DNA of 44,073 nt from Octopus bimaculoides (GCF_001194135.2 NC_068985.1:111024838-111068910); one strand, 5' to 3'. Shown: positions 32,652 to 43,524, numbered from the stretch's first letter. The notes: generated from the sequence alone by a model not told the origin. Program-made: numbers and translations.

Positions 32652-33040
32652 ACTACAAATAAAGACACTTCCGCTCTTGCGATGCAGACATACAATGGCT
32701 TCTTAAAAAGTAGCCAGTTCCATTGAAAAATCGATATCATAATTAAGCAACAACAAATACCCAGAAGAGATGATATAAAGAAATATAATCTAGTTTAACC
32801 TGTCATACAACAGGAATGCGAAAAAAAAAAAAAAAAAAAGGAATTGCAAAAAGTTTCTGGTTCTAATTAACAAACAATTCCCGTCTGACTAGAAATACCA
32901 GATGTTACTTAACAGAAACAGCGTTCAAGTAAATTTGTAATTACGTCGCCAATGTAAGAAATAATAATAAAAAGAAAGCTTAATGACGCAAACTTACAAA
33001 TTACTTAACAAAATACAAGACCATATGTCAAATTGCAAGC
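32652..33040 (+). mobile_element. Penelope-like retroelement ORF remnant (RT to GIY-YIG linker)
   Basis: TNKDTSALAMQTYNGFLKSSQFH*KI..., RNII*FNLSYNRNAK (32779-32823; cf. RNIIWFNPPYS), and KKFLVLINKQFPSD*KYQMLLNRNSVQV (cf. FL.LIDKHFP..H.L.KIFNRN.VKVSYSC). Contains stops, frameshifts and an expanded poly-A. Confidence 0.75.
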
Positions 33041-33181
33041 ATTAAATAAAAAATTAGCTCAAGAATTTCAAAGAGTTACAACCAGATTGATAGCCAGTAA
33101 TTTAACGACCAGTCAGATTGATACACGCGGGAATCATTTAATAAACAACTTGAATAAAATTTAGGCAACTAACCCGGTGTA

Positions 33182-33295
33182 ACTATTAAATATGGTGGTC
33201 ATTCTAAAGTAGGAAGTCCATCGCGATAAGTTAATTGTGTTTCATTTCTCAGCTTCTAATATGTATCCAGTCTACCGCCTATAGATCTCAAAGCT
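33182..33295 (+). repeat. Unclassified dispersed repeat, copy 2
   Basis: actattaaatatgg...aagttaattgtgtttcatttctcagcttctaatatgtatc, homologous to 29226-29330. Confidence 0.6.
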
Positions 33296-33354
33296 TTCTT
33301 TCTACCATGGGTATATCGGTACTTCTACAATAAAAGAAAATCCTACGTACAGAC

Positions 33355-33385
<31 letters not shown>

Positions 33386-33398
33386 TGTATGTATGTAT

Positions 33399-33718
33399 GA
33401 AGGCGCGTGGCTTAGTGGTTCGGGCTTTCGGCTTACGATCGTATGGTCGCGAGTTCGATTCCCGGCAACGCGTTGTGTCCTTGAGCAAGACATTTTATTT
33501 CACGTTGCTCCAGTCCGTTCAGCTGGCAAAAATGAGTAGTACCAGTATTTCAAAGGGCCGGCCTTGTCACACTCCGTGTCACGCTGAATCTCCCTGAGAA
33601 CTACGTTAGGGGTACACGTGTCTGTGGAGTGCTCAGTGACTTGCACGTTAATTTCATGAGCAGGCTGTTCCGTTGATCGTATCAGCTGGGACCTTCATCG
33701 TCGTAACCGACGGAGTGC
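33399..33718 (+). mobile_element. SINE family C: tRNA head, CORE-like block and family-O 3' tail, inserted in (TATG)n
   Basis: A box tggcttagtgg, B box gagttcgattcc, gtgtccttgagcaagacattttatttcacgttgctccagt, then ggccttgtcacact...gcacgttaatttcatgagcaggctgttccgttgatcg...cgtaaccgacggagtgc. Flanked by (ATGT)n on both sides. Confidence 0.9.
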
Positions 33719-33972
33719 TCCTCATGTATGTATGTATGATTTTCTTTTGAGTTTTATTTACATTCTCAAGAGAGTTCAAACCGGTCACTAACAAAGCGAC
33801 AAGACTATTTGAATTAAGATAGTTCCCGATGTTTATAAATGTGTGGTTGTGTTGGTGAGTTATTTGAACTGTCGATGCCATACATCCAAGGGTGTGTATC
33901 TATACTCACATGAGAATCTCAAATGAAGACTTATGGGAAATGTCCTACAAATCTTCATTGTACCAATTGTCG

Positions 33973-34318
33973 TGGCACTCCGTCAGTTACGATGACGAGG
34001 TTTCCAGTTGATCCGATCAACAGAACAGCATGCTCATGAAATTAAGGTGCAAGTGGCTGAGCACTCCACAGACACTTGTACCCTTAACGTAGTGTAACAA
34101 GGTTGGCCCTTTGAAATACAGATACAAGTGAAACAGGAAGAAATAGTGAAAGTTATGGTGAAAGAGTACAGCAGGGTCGCCACCACTCCCTGTTGGAGCC
34201 TCTTGGAACTTTAGGTGTTTTCGCTCAATAAACACTCACGAGGCCCGGGTCTTGGAATGGAAACTGCGATTCTACGACCGCGAGTTCGCTGCCCTAACCA
34301 CTGCGCCATTGCGTCTCC
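33973..34318 (-). mobile_element. SINE family O, full length with internal deletions and an 11-bp TSD
   Basis: Head on the minus strand ggagacgcaatggcgcagtggttagggcagcgaactcgcggtcgtag. TSD ttgtaccaatt at 33958-33968 and 34322-34332. Confidence 0.9.
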
Positions 34319-34371
34319 ATGTTGTACCAATTATAGATTGGATATGGAGAATCCACGTTAGTTTCATTTGC

Positions 34372-34535
34372 TGTTTATCTGAGTATTTCTAGGTTTTTGT
34401 GTAGATTCGTTGGTACATAAGCTAATGTACCAACGATAATAGGTATAAATGAGAATTCATAATCAGGGAACAAGAATTGTAAGTTCTGCATTAATTGACC
34501 ATAAATGTTCTCTTTTTCCTGGACATTTGATTCTA
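34372..34535 (-). mobile_element. RLE-type non-LTR retrotransposon fragment (family 2)
   Basis: ESNVQEKENIYGQLMQNLQFLFPDYEFSFIPIIVGTLAYVPTNLHKNLEIL: the typical RLE C-terminal K..KY..L...PIIVG.LG pattern. Homologous to 15155-15416. Confidence 0.7.
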
Positions 34536-34592
34536 TGTATGCATGTATGTATGTATGTATGTATGTATGTATGTATGTGTGTATGTATTGCA

Positions 34593-34757
34593 GACGCAGG
34601 CGTAGCTGCGTGGTAAGAAGCTTGCTTCCCAACTGCATTGTCCAGTATTCAGTCCCACAACGTGGCACCTTTGGCACGTGTCTTCTACTATGGCCTCGGG
34701 TCGACCAATACATTGTGAGTGGATTTGGTACACGGACACTGAAAGAAGCCTGTTCTG

Positions 34758-34806
<49 letters not shown>

Positions 34807-34827
34807 CTCTCTCTATATATATATATA

Positions 34828-34858
<31 letters not shown>

Positions 34859-34992
34859 ATATATATNNNNNNNNNNNNNNNNNNNNNNNNNNNNNNNNNN
34901 NNNNNNNNNNNNNNNNNNNNNNNNNNNNNNNNNNNNNNNNNNNNNNNNNNNNNNNNNNNNNNNNNNNNNNNNNNNNNNNNNNNNNNNNNNNN

Positions 34993-35030
<38 letters not shown>

Positions 35031-35258
35031 GTGTGCGTGTGCGTGTGTGTGTGTGTGTGCGTGTGATAATGTGATTGTGTATGTGTTTGTCGCCCACCAC
35101 CGCTTGATAACCGGTGTTGGTGGGCATACGTTCCTGTAATTCTGCAGTTCTGCAAAGGAGACCAATACGATAGGTATCAGGCTTTAAAAATAAATGTACT
35201 AGGGCCGATGCGTACGACTAAAGTTCTTCAAGGAGGTGCCCCACCATGGCTGAAGTCA
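34593..35258 (+). mobile_element. SINE family B, complete bipartite copy with internal (TATC/TA/TG)n and a gap
   Basis: Head 34593-34756, microsatellite and gap 34757-35070, 3' half 35077-35258 (gtgtttgtcgcccaccaccgcttgataaccggtgttgg...gactaaagttcttcaaggaggtgccccaccatggc). A partial repeat of the 3' half follows to about 35316. Confidence 0.85.
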
Positions 35259-35329
35259 ACCGGTGTTGGTTTGTTTACTTTGCCATAACTTACATGATTG
35301 ATCGCTAACTCCAAAAGTTTCTTTTATTC

Positions 35330-35485
35330 TCTCTCTGCTTATTTCCCCGTGTTCCTTCCTGTTGAAGGGCGTAGACTCGAAATGTAAAAGACTTCCTCAC
35401 CTTCCTGAGCGTCAAACTAATACACTTGCTTGTTGTTTATACACCCGTCTTTGTCTTTTGTTTTTCTGTAGATTTCAACTATATA
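35330..35485 (+). mobile_element. Penelope-like terminal repeat with a decayed hammerhead motif (35355-35390)
   Basis: cttc-CTGTTGA-a-gggc gtag actc-GAAAT-GTA-aaag has the same layout as HHR2 but a mutated core. Ends atttcaactatat like 9625-9670. Confidence 0.55.
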
Positions 35486-35624
35486 CATACATACATACAT
35501 ACATACATACAAACAACCAAACATACATATATATATATTTATTTATGTTTAGACAAATATATACATATATTAACGTGTATGTGTATACATATGTGTATGT
35601 GTGTTTGTGGTGTGCATACGTATC

Positions 35625-35664
<40 letters not shown>

Positions 35665-36639
35665 GACGGATGTGCGTGTGAGAGTGTTTTGAATGGAATA
35701 GAAGGGTAGCAGCCAATAACTTGCGTCTAAATTTGGAAACTGCATCATTTTCGTTTGAGGAATGGGCAACAGTCAAAGCTTCTCTCTTGGTGCTAGTCGA
35801 GGTGAATGAAGATTCTCGAAGTGGAAAAAAGCTACAAAGTTGCATTCTCTATCATTTGATTCTCCAATATTTTATTGATTTGAATTGGTAGTTGCAATAT
35901 TAATGGAGGTCTGAAAAAAAACACACACACAACACAAGGAGGAAATCAAAGAAAATAAATATATTAAATTAGTATAAAATACAAAACAAAACGTACAAGC
36001 CAACTTTCAAACAAATTGTTTCAATCCTTCATTCGTTTTATTTCTCGCCTCCTTCCCTCTTTCAGTTGTAATCTTCTTCAAAAGCTTCCTTTGACGTTTA
36101 AGGTGTCTTTCTCGGTACACGAAAGCGGGACCTTTAAACATTAAACAAGAGGTCGATCTGAGGGAGTGTGAAGATCAATGTTTTAAATTGATTCGCATGT
36201 TCGCTGGTTTTACAATCTGATCAATTATCTTCCGAATGATATCGATTAGAATTATGTTTTTGTTTGTTTGTTTGTTTGTTTTTTAATGAGAGACAAGAAA
36301 AGACGGTGAAAGAGAGAGAGAGAGAGAAGGGGAGAGAGAGAAAGAGAGGGAAAGAAAGAGAAAGTGAGCAAAAGATGTTAAAAGAGATAGGTGTCAGGGA
36401 GACTGAGAGAGCGAAGAAGAAAGAGAGGAGGAGACAAAAGATAGAGAGAGAGAGAGAGAGATAGAAAGAGAAGGGGAGAGGTGTAGGGTGAGAGAAAAAT
36501 CTTCAAAATTTTTTTACAAATCATTTTTGTTTCCTTTCCATCTTCACGTGTGACTGTTAAGGTCCTTACTTTAAAATTTGCCTCGGAGTTCTTGGCAGTC
36601 ACTCGGTCAGGTCAATAGACCTAACGCCACCACAATCAC

Positions 36640-37975
36640 CACCACACCGCCAATATTAACAACCCTTGATATCTCTAACAACACTCCGATAGCACCACAG
36701 CAGCTTCAACACCATCAACTCTACCACTATCACAATCACTGCCATCACATCATTACTATTACCACTACCATCACCACCATCACCACCATCATCCCCACAA
36801 CCACCACTACCACTATCACCATCCTCAGCAATGACGTTGCTGTCATTACCAGGAGCATCACCACCGCTACCGCCATCATCGCTAACACTTCAGGCCTCAC
36901 CAGTAACCACTACCAACACCATCAGCACAATATCACCATCATTACCACTGGGACTGCCACTACCAACGCCATCGCCGCCTTCTCCGCCGCCACTGCAACA
37001 TCCACCATAGCCGCCGCCACCACTATCTCTTATACCGCTACCATCAATACCACCGCCGCCAAGCCGCCNNNNNNNNNNNNNNNNNNNNNNNNNNNNNNNN
37101 NNNNNNNNNNNNNNNNNNNNNNNNNNNNNNNNNNNNNNNNNNNNNNNNNNNNNNNNNNNNNNNNNNNNNNNNNNNNNNNNNNNNNNNNNNNNNNNNNNNN
37201 NNNNNNNNNNNNNNNNNNNNNNNNNNNNNNNNNNNNNNNNNNNNNNNNNNNNNNNNNNNNNNNNNNNNNNNNNNNNNNNNNNNNNNNNNNNNNNNNNNNN
37301 NNNNNNNNNNNNNNNNNNNNNNNNNNNNNNNNNNNNNNNNNNNNNNNNNNNNNNNNNNNNNNNNNNNNNNNNNNNNNNNNNNNNNNNNNNNNNNNNNNNN
37401 NNNNNNNNNNNNNNNNNNNNNNNNNNNNNNNNNNNNNNNNNNNNNNNNNNNNNNNNNNNNNNNNNNNNNNNNNNNNNNNNNNNNNNNNNNNNNNNNNNNN
37501 NNNNNNNNNNNNNNNNNNNNNNNNNNNNNNNNNNNNNNNNNNNNNNNNNNNNNNNNNNNNNNNNNNNNNNNNNNNNNNNNNNNNNNNNNNNNNNNNNNNN
37601 NNNNNNNNNNNNNNNNNNNNNNNNNNNNNNNNNNNNNNNNNNNNNNNNNNNNNNNNNNNNNNNNNNNNNNNNNNNNNNNNNNNNNNNNNNNNNNNNNNNN
37701 NNNNNNNNNNNNNNNNNNNNNNNNNNNNNNNNNNNNNNNNNNNNNNNNNNNNNNNNNNNNNNNNNNNNNNNNNNNNNNNNNNNNNNNNNNNNNNNNNNNN
37801 NNNNNNNNNNNCTGACACCGTCACCTCCACTACTGCTGTTAGCGCCCCCCACCATCATCACTACCTTCATCGCAAACACTTCCGTCGTCATGAGTAACAC
37901 TCACCAATACTACAAGAAGCATCATTAACACAGCATCAACTCCATTACGACCACGACCACCACTACTATCACTGC

Positions 37976-38000
<25 letters not shown>
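36640..38000. repeat. Degenerate (CAC/CAT/CGC)n and (CAA)n low-complexity tract around a gap
   Basis: Directly visible. Explains the Thr/His-rich 439-aa ORF. Confidence 0.85.
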
Positions 38001-38006
<6 letters not shown>

Positions 38007-38186
38007 GTAACACTACTACCAACACTGCAGCAATCTGAAATAAACATCATAAGCCCACCGCCATCGCTGAACCGTTGACTATCACGATAACCTCCCGACC
38101 ATTACCACCGGCAACATGTGCGTTACTTTCACTTTCACCAATATCAATCATACCTTACAAAAGTCAACACACACATAAACACACAC

Positions 38187-38817
38187 GGCGGCGAGCTGGC
38201 AGAAACGTCAGCACTCCGGGCGAAATGCTTAGCGGTATTTCGTCTGCCGCTACGTTCTGAGTTCAAATTCCGCCGAGGTCGACTTTGCCTTTCATCCTTT
38301 CGGGGTCGATTAAATAAGTACCAGTTACGCACTGNNNNNNNNNNNNNNNNNNNNNNNNNNNNNNNNNNNNNNNNNNNNNNNNNNNNNNNNNNNNNNNNNN
38401 NNNGTCTGTCCTTGTTTGTCCCTTCTGTGTGTAGCCCCTTGTGGGCAGTAAAGAAATAGGTATTTCGTCTGCCGCTACGTTCTGAGTTCAAATTCCGCCG
38501 AGGTCGACTTTGCCTTTCATCCTTTCGGGGTCGATTAAATAAGTACCAGTTACGCACTGCGGTCGATATAATCGACTTAATCCGTGTTTGTCTGTCCTTG
38601 TTTGTCCCTTCTGTGTGTAGCCCCTTGTGGGCAGTAAAGAAATAGGTATTACGTCTGCCGCTACGTTCTGAGTTCAAATTCCTGCCGAGGTCGACTTTGC
38701 CTTTCATCCTTTCGGGGTCGATTAAATAAGTACCAGTTACGCACTGGGGTCGATATAATCGACTTAATCCGTGTTTGTCCCCTCTGTGTGTAGCCCCTTG
38801 TGGGTAGTAAAGAAATA
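38187..38817 (+). mobile_element. SINE family A tandem trimer: one full unit plus two 5'-truncated units, within a single 16-bp TSD
   Basis: Unit 1 38187-38458 (includes a gap), unit 2 38459-38644 (186 bp), unit 3 38645-38817 (173 bp). Junctions read aaagaaata|ggtatt. acacataaacacacac occurs at 38171-38186 and 38818-38833. Confidence 0.88.
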
Positions 38818-39204
38818 ACACATAAACACACACATACATACGTAAACACACTAATACACACGCGCATATACACACTCACACACATATATTCTCTTCGTAC
38901 AAAGAGGTCGTTACATTCATGCCCAAATACTGCTCTCCCGACAAAGCTGCTCAGCTAATATAACATTCCTTAGAGACGCGGCACTCAAATAACAGACATA
39001 CCTACCAAAAAAACGAATCGTGTAGTTCCCTTCTTATCTGTAACCCTTTGCATTGCTTTGAGTCCTCAAATTCTTGACAGAGTCATAAAGACTCCGTTGT
39101 GTGTCTTACAGTGTGTGTCGGGCTGTTTTAGACTTGGCGGGGGCCCGTTTCTCAAGAGGTTTGACCACAATCGATATCGATATCTTCCACAAAACAGAAA
39201 CCCT

Positions 39205-39253
<49 letters not shown>

Positions 39254-39271
39254 AGAGAAAGAAAGAGAAAT

Positions 39272-39400
39272 TTGACCTCAGTACAAGACTGGTACTTTAT
39301 TAACTGGTCCCGGAACTTGATCTCGGCAGGGCTTGAACTTAGAGAATCAAGAACCGGAATGATTACTGCAAAGCTATCTTACTGACATTGTAACAAACTT
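39272..39400 (-). mobile_element. SINE family A fragment, degenerate
   Basis: tgacctcagtacaagactggtacttt...gatctcggcagggcttgaactt. Confidence 0.5.
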
Positions 39401-39686
39401 GCACATTGATGACCTGCCAGCAATACCATGAAAGAGACCCGAAAACTTTTTTTAGAGAAGCAAACTACATGAGACATGGCCCATGATCAGGCGGGTCACA
39501 TTGCTAAAGAAATAATCAGTGTAGCTTTCTGTTAGATGTGCCATTCAGAAAGTCCTACGGGCTGCATTTTGCATGTTTTCCATATAACATCAATTACAAC
39601 TAGTCTTCGCACTCAACAACATAAACATATCGTAGACGTACACAGAAGACAAAATTCCTAGTGTACACACATATATTACATTATTT

Positions 39687-39832
39687 CAGTCAGGGCAACC
39701 GGCAGGCCGCAGGACTTCTTGAATGGCTCACCTAGTGAAGAACGATCTTGAGTTTTTTTTAGTAGAGCGGCCCGCCAAATGATGAGCTGTGTGATATGCG
39801 GTCCGCTTCTTGAAAAACTTTGCGTAAGCCTG
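39687..39832. mobile_element. Possible hAT-type MITE, degenerate
   Basis: cagtcagggcaaccggcaggccgc ... gcggcccgcc ... atgcggtccgc..tgaaaaactttgcgtaagcctg resembles the CAGG..TGGGCAA..GCGGCCCGC / AAAAAGTTTGCCCACCCCTG pattern of Charlie-type hAT MITEs. No 8-bp TSD visible. Confidence 0.4.
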
Positions 39833-39946
39833 TCGTGGAAATTATAACACCTTCCATGATGTTCGCAACGCAATCAGGAGGACATCCTCCAGGCTTACTT
39901 AGAGAAATTATTCTGGTTACTTTTGGCAAAAGAAAAAAGAAAAGGT

Positions 39947-40286
39947 GTTCCAGTTGATCCGATCAACGGAACAGCCTGTTCGTGAAATTAACGTGCAACT
40001 GGCTGAGCACTCCACAGACACGTGTACCCTTAACGTAGTTCTCGGGGATGTTCAGTGTGACACAGTGTGACAAGGCTGACCCTTTGAATTACAGAAACAT
40101 GAAGAAAAAGTGAGAGAAAGTTGTGGTGAAAGAGTACAGCAGGGTTCACCACCATCCCCTGCCAGGGCCTCGTGGAGCTTTAGGTGTTTTCGCTCAATAA
40201 ACACGCAAAACGCCCGGTCTGGGAATCGAAACCGCGATCCTATGACCGCGAGTCCGCTGCCCTAACCACTGGGCCATTGCGCCTCC
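39947..40286 (-). mobile_element. SINE family O, well preserved, extreme 3' end missing
   Basis: Head on the minus strand ggaggcgcaatggcccagtggttagggcagcggactcgcggtcataggatcgcggtttcgattccc (A box, TCG anticodon-like loop, B box). The body matches 4527-4834. Confidence 0.92.
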
Positions 40287-40369
40287 ACATCACCTACTAA
40301 CAACAATAACAGCAGCAGTAATGCTGGAGACGAGGAGGAGACATGCAGGAAACGGAAATACGCAGCTAA

Positions 40370-40492
40370 GAAAATAAAATAGGTACCAGATCCAGTATCA
40401 TAAGGGCGGTCAATTTGATCGACTAAATTCTTCAAAGCGTTGCCCCAGCATGGCCGTGGTTCAATGAGTGAAACAAGTAAAGCAATGATACA
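40370..40492 (+). mobile_element. SINE family B 3' tail fragment
   Basis: ataggtacca...gtcaatttgatcgactaaattcttcaaagcgttgccccagcatggccgtggttcaatgagtgaaacaagtaaa. Confidence 0.65.
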
Positions 40493-40516
40493 TACATGTA
40501 TAAAAATGCAAATACA

Positions 40517-40648
40517 CAGGCACAGGTATGGCTGCGCGGTAAGGGTTCTGTTCCACAACGTGACACATTGCTCAAGTGTCTTCTACTATACTCTTGGGCC
40601 GACCAAAGCCTTGTGAGTGGATTTGGTAGACGGAAACTGAAAGAAGCC

Positions 40649-40651
<3 letters not shown>
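40517..40651 (+). mobile_element. SINE family B head half, internally deleted, runs into (TA)n and a gap
   Basis: caagtgtcttctactatactcttgggccgaccaaagccttgtgagtggatttggtagacggaaactgaaagaagcc. Confidence 0.85.
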
Positions 40652-40689
<38 letters not shown>

Positions 40690-41162
40690 NNNNNNNNNNN
40701 NNNNNNNNNNNNNNNNNNNNNNNNNNNNNNNNNNNNNNNNNNNNNNNNNNNNNNNNNNNNNNNNNNNNNNNNNNNNNNNNNNNNNNNNNNNNNNNNNNNN
40801 NNNNNNNNNNNNNNNNNNNNNNNNNNNNNNNNNNNNNNNNNNNNNNNNNNNNNNNNNNNNNNNNNNNNNNNNNNNNNNNNNNNNNNNNNNNNNNNNNNNN
40901 NNNNNNNNNNNNNNNNNNNNNNNNNNNNNNNNNNNNNNNNNNNNNNNNNNNNNNNNNNNNNNNNNNNNNNNNNNNNNNNNNNNNNNNNNNNNNNNNNNNN
41001 NNNNNNNNNNNNNNNNNNNNNNNNNNNNNNNNNNNNNNNNNNNNNNNNNNNNNNNNNNNNNNNNNNNNNNNNNNNNNNNNNNNNNNNNNNNNNNNNNNNN
41101 NNNNNNNNNNNNNNNNNNNNNNNNNNNNNNNNNNNNNNNNNNNNNNNNNNNNNNNNNNNNNN

Positions 41163-41207
<45 letters not shown>

Positions 41208-41842
41208 GCACACACACACACACACACACACAATCGATTCGGGTTAATAGCATACAAGATAATTTTGTAATTCGGATAATTCGGGTAATTACATAATTTG
41301 TTTTTCGATTTTAAGTAAAAACCTATCTCGCATAAAATTGAACATGTGTGTGTGTGTGTGAGTGTCTGTGTGAGTGTGAATGTGTGTCTCTGTGTTTGTG
41401 TGTGTGTGTGTGCATGTTTATATGTATGTACGTAAATATTCATATATATATAATATATATATATATGTATATATGAGTATGTATTAATATATATGTATAT
41501 GCACATATTTGTACTTATGTATGTATGTATGTATATATATATATATATATATATTTGTACACGCATACACACAAACACACAAACGCACACATACACATAT
41601 ATATGTATGATGTATGGTTTCATATAAATAAAGTGATTCTGGAAGTTTCCATTTTCACGATAATTTCAAAAGTCAATACCGCATATTAAAATCTACCAAA
41701 ACAAAAACAAAAACAAAAACGATATGAAAAGAATGAAATGTATTTAAGTTATTTTTATCATTTCAACGAATTAATGACTATTGAAAATCAGATATTAGAG
41801 AAATTTTATCTTAATTTTATAAATGTCTAATATAGTGATGGA

Positions 41843-42020
41843 TCTCCGTCGTTCAACGATGAGGATTCAGTTGTTCTGTCAGCTGAGCTACCTGATCTTG
41901 AATTAACGAGTCAACGGCTGAGCGTTCTACCGACACACGTACCTTTAACATAATGCGCAGCCTTAATTAACATGACAACGTGTGTCTGTGTGTGACAAAG
42001 CTGTACTATTTAACTGGCAG
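41843..42020 (-). mobile_element. Old, diverged family O/C 3' tail
   Basis: ctccgtcgttcaacgatgagg..ttcagttg...gaattaacg....ggctgagcgttctaccgacacacgtacctttaac...gtgtgacaaagctg aligns to 4535-4710. Confidence 0.65.
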
Positions 42021-42189
42021 ATTTATACACAGCAGCAATGGGCAAGCTGCGGGCTGAGACTTCTGGAATGGCACGCCTAGCCAAAAAACTACCGTGAATT
42101 CTTTTCTTAATGCAGTCCACTTGAAGAAGAGCCATATTTCACGCAGCCCTCCTTTCGTTAAAGCTTGCCCATGCTAGTGTATTTTATAG

Positions 42190-42330
42190 ACTTTCCGTCT
42201 GCTCAATTACTATCACAAAATATGGGCCGATCCGACGCTATAGAAAATGAGTTGTGCCCCAAAAGTTTAAGCAATGGGATCGAACAAGAGATCTTGTTGT
42301 GAATAGAATTTCTTAACCATTCGACCATAT
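42190..42330 (-). mobile_element. Old, diverged SINE family B head
   Basis: tttccgtctgctcaatt...gggccgatccgacgctatagaaa...tgcccc...gcaatgggatcgaac...ttcttaacca. Confidence 0.5.
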
Positions 42331-42908
42331 AATGGATTTCTTTCTTCAACAAATACAAACGTCACTGCAGGTAATATTTATAAAAAATCATTTGAATTAG
42401 GTATAATTGACATAATTTTAAAAAAATGATTCTTCAGCTTTCTATTCATTGAACGCACCCAAAATAGGAAAGCATACTAGAATCAACATAATTTAACTAA
42501 CGTTGGATTAAACATATAATTTGGAAAAAAAAGTTTTACTTTTTGGACTGTAGAAAGTAGCATGGCAAATATTTGGGCAAATTTATATTCCCAGAAATTA
42601 TATATAAAAAAAAAACAAGCTATCTAGCAGTCTGAAAATAAAATTAAATATAAAAACCTCATGTTGATAAAATACTTTATAAGAATTGGAAATTTTAAGA
42701 ATTTTCTAAGCAATGTAGATTTTAAAAATTGCTTTCATTTGGTAACTAATGAATAAGTATCTTTCTTCGTCATAGTGTAAATATAGATTTGAACTATCTT
42801 TTAAATGGAGGTTATGTTGCTGTATTACTCATTCGCTATACAAGTTGGCGATTAATCGAATACTATTTTCTTCAACTTACTTGATCTTCGATATTATACT
42901 ATTGAATA

Positions 42909-43125
42909 AGGCCGCGAGCTGGAAAAATAGTTAGCATGCCGGGCAAAATGCTTAGCAGCATTTCGTCCGTCTTTACGCTGTGAGCTCAAATTCCGCCGAG
43001 GTTGACTTTGCCTTTCTTCTTTTCGAAGTCGAGAATTTTAAGTACCAGTGAAACACTGAGGTCGATGCGATCGACTTACCCCCACCCCACAAATTTCAGG
43101 CCTTGTGGCCATACTAGAAAGGATA
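42909..43125 (+). mobile_element. SINE family A (older subfamily), full length
   Basis: ggccgcgagctggaaaaatagttagc...gagctcaaattccgccgaggttgactttgcc...aagtaccagtg...aaatttcaggccttgtggccatactagaaaggatatt. Confidence 0.88.
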
Positions 43126-43474
43126 TTATATCATTAAATAATTGAAAATATATGAAAGAAATACTTGTTGTGTACGTGTAGGGGTGAGGATGTATGAATC
43201 TGGTTAGTTTTGGGTAATTAAGTATTGTGAAAGCTCAGAGTACTCATAATTAGCATGTGTGTGTAACAAGGCTGTGCTTTTTGAAATATAGATTTCTATA
43301 CAACAATCATGGGCAAAATGTGGTCTGTGAGACATTCTGAATTGCACACACAACAAAAAATTACGTTGAATACTTTTATTAGAGTGACCTACCTGATAAA
43401 AGGTCATATTTCATGTAGCTCTCTTCTCGAAAAACATTGCCCACGCCCACATATATTATATACCTCAAAAGATT

Positions 43475-43524
<50 letters not shown>

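Noticed and set aside
36030-36110. Strong polypyrimidine tract plus CAG acceptor at about 36065 with a possible AAG|GT donor
   Set aside because: It would give only a 37-nt exon with no recognisable peptide and no partner exons. Unsupported without RNA-seq.
36564-36625. Possible minus-strand exon ending TTTAAA|GTAAGG
   Set aside because: All three frames contain stops and the acceptor lacks a pyrimidine tract.
36578-37897. Thr/His-rich mucin-like 439-aa ORF
   Set aside because: Degenerate CAC/CAT trinucleotide DNA that is open in several frames and spans a gap.
38187-38817. CRISPR-like or satellite array
   Set aside because: Units are about 180-bp SINE copies with no unique spacers, in a eukaryotic context.
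33399-40286. tRNA genes suggested by A/B boxes (e.g. 33399, 34318, 40286)
   Set aside because: Each continues into a SINE body and lacks a complete cloverleaf. These are tRNA-derived SINE heads.
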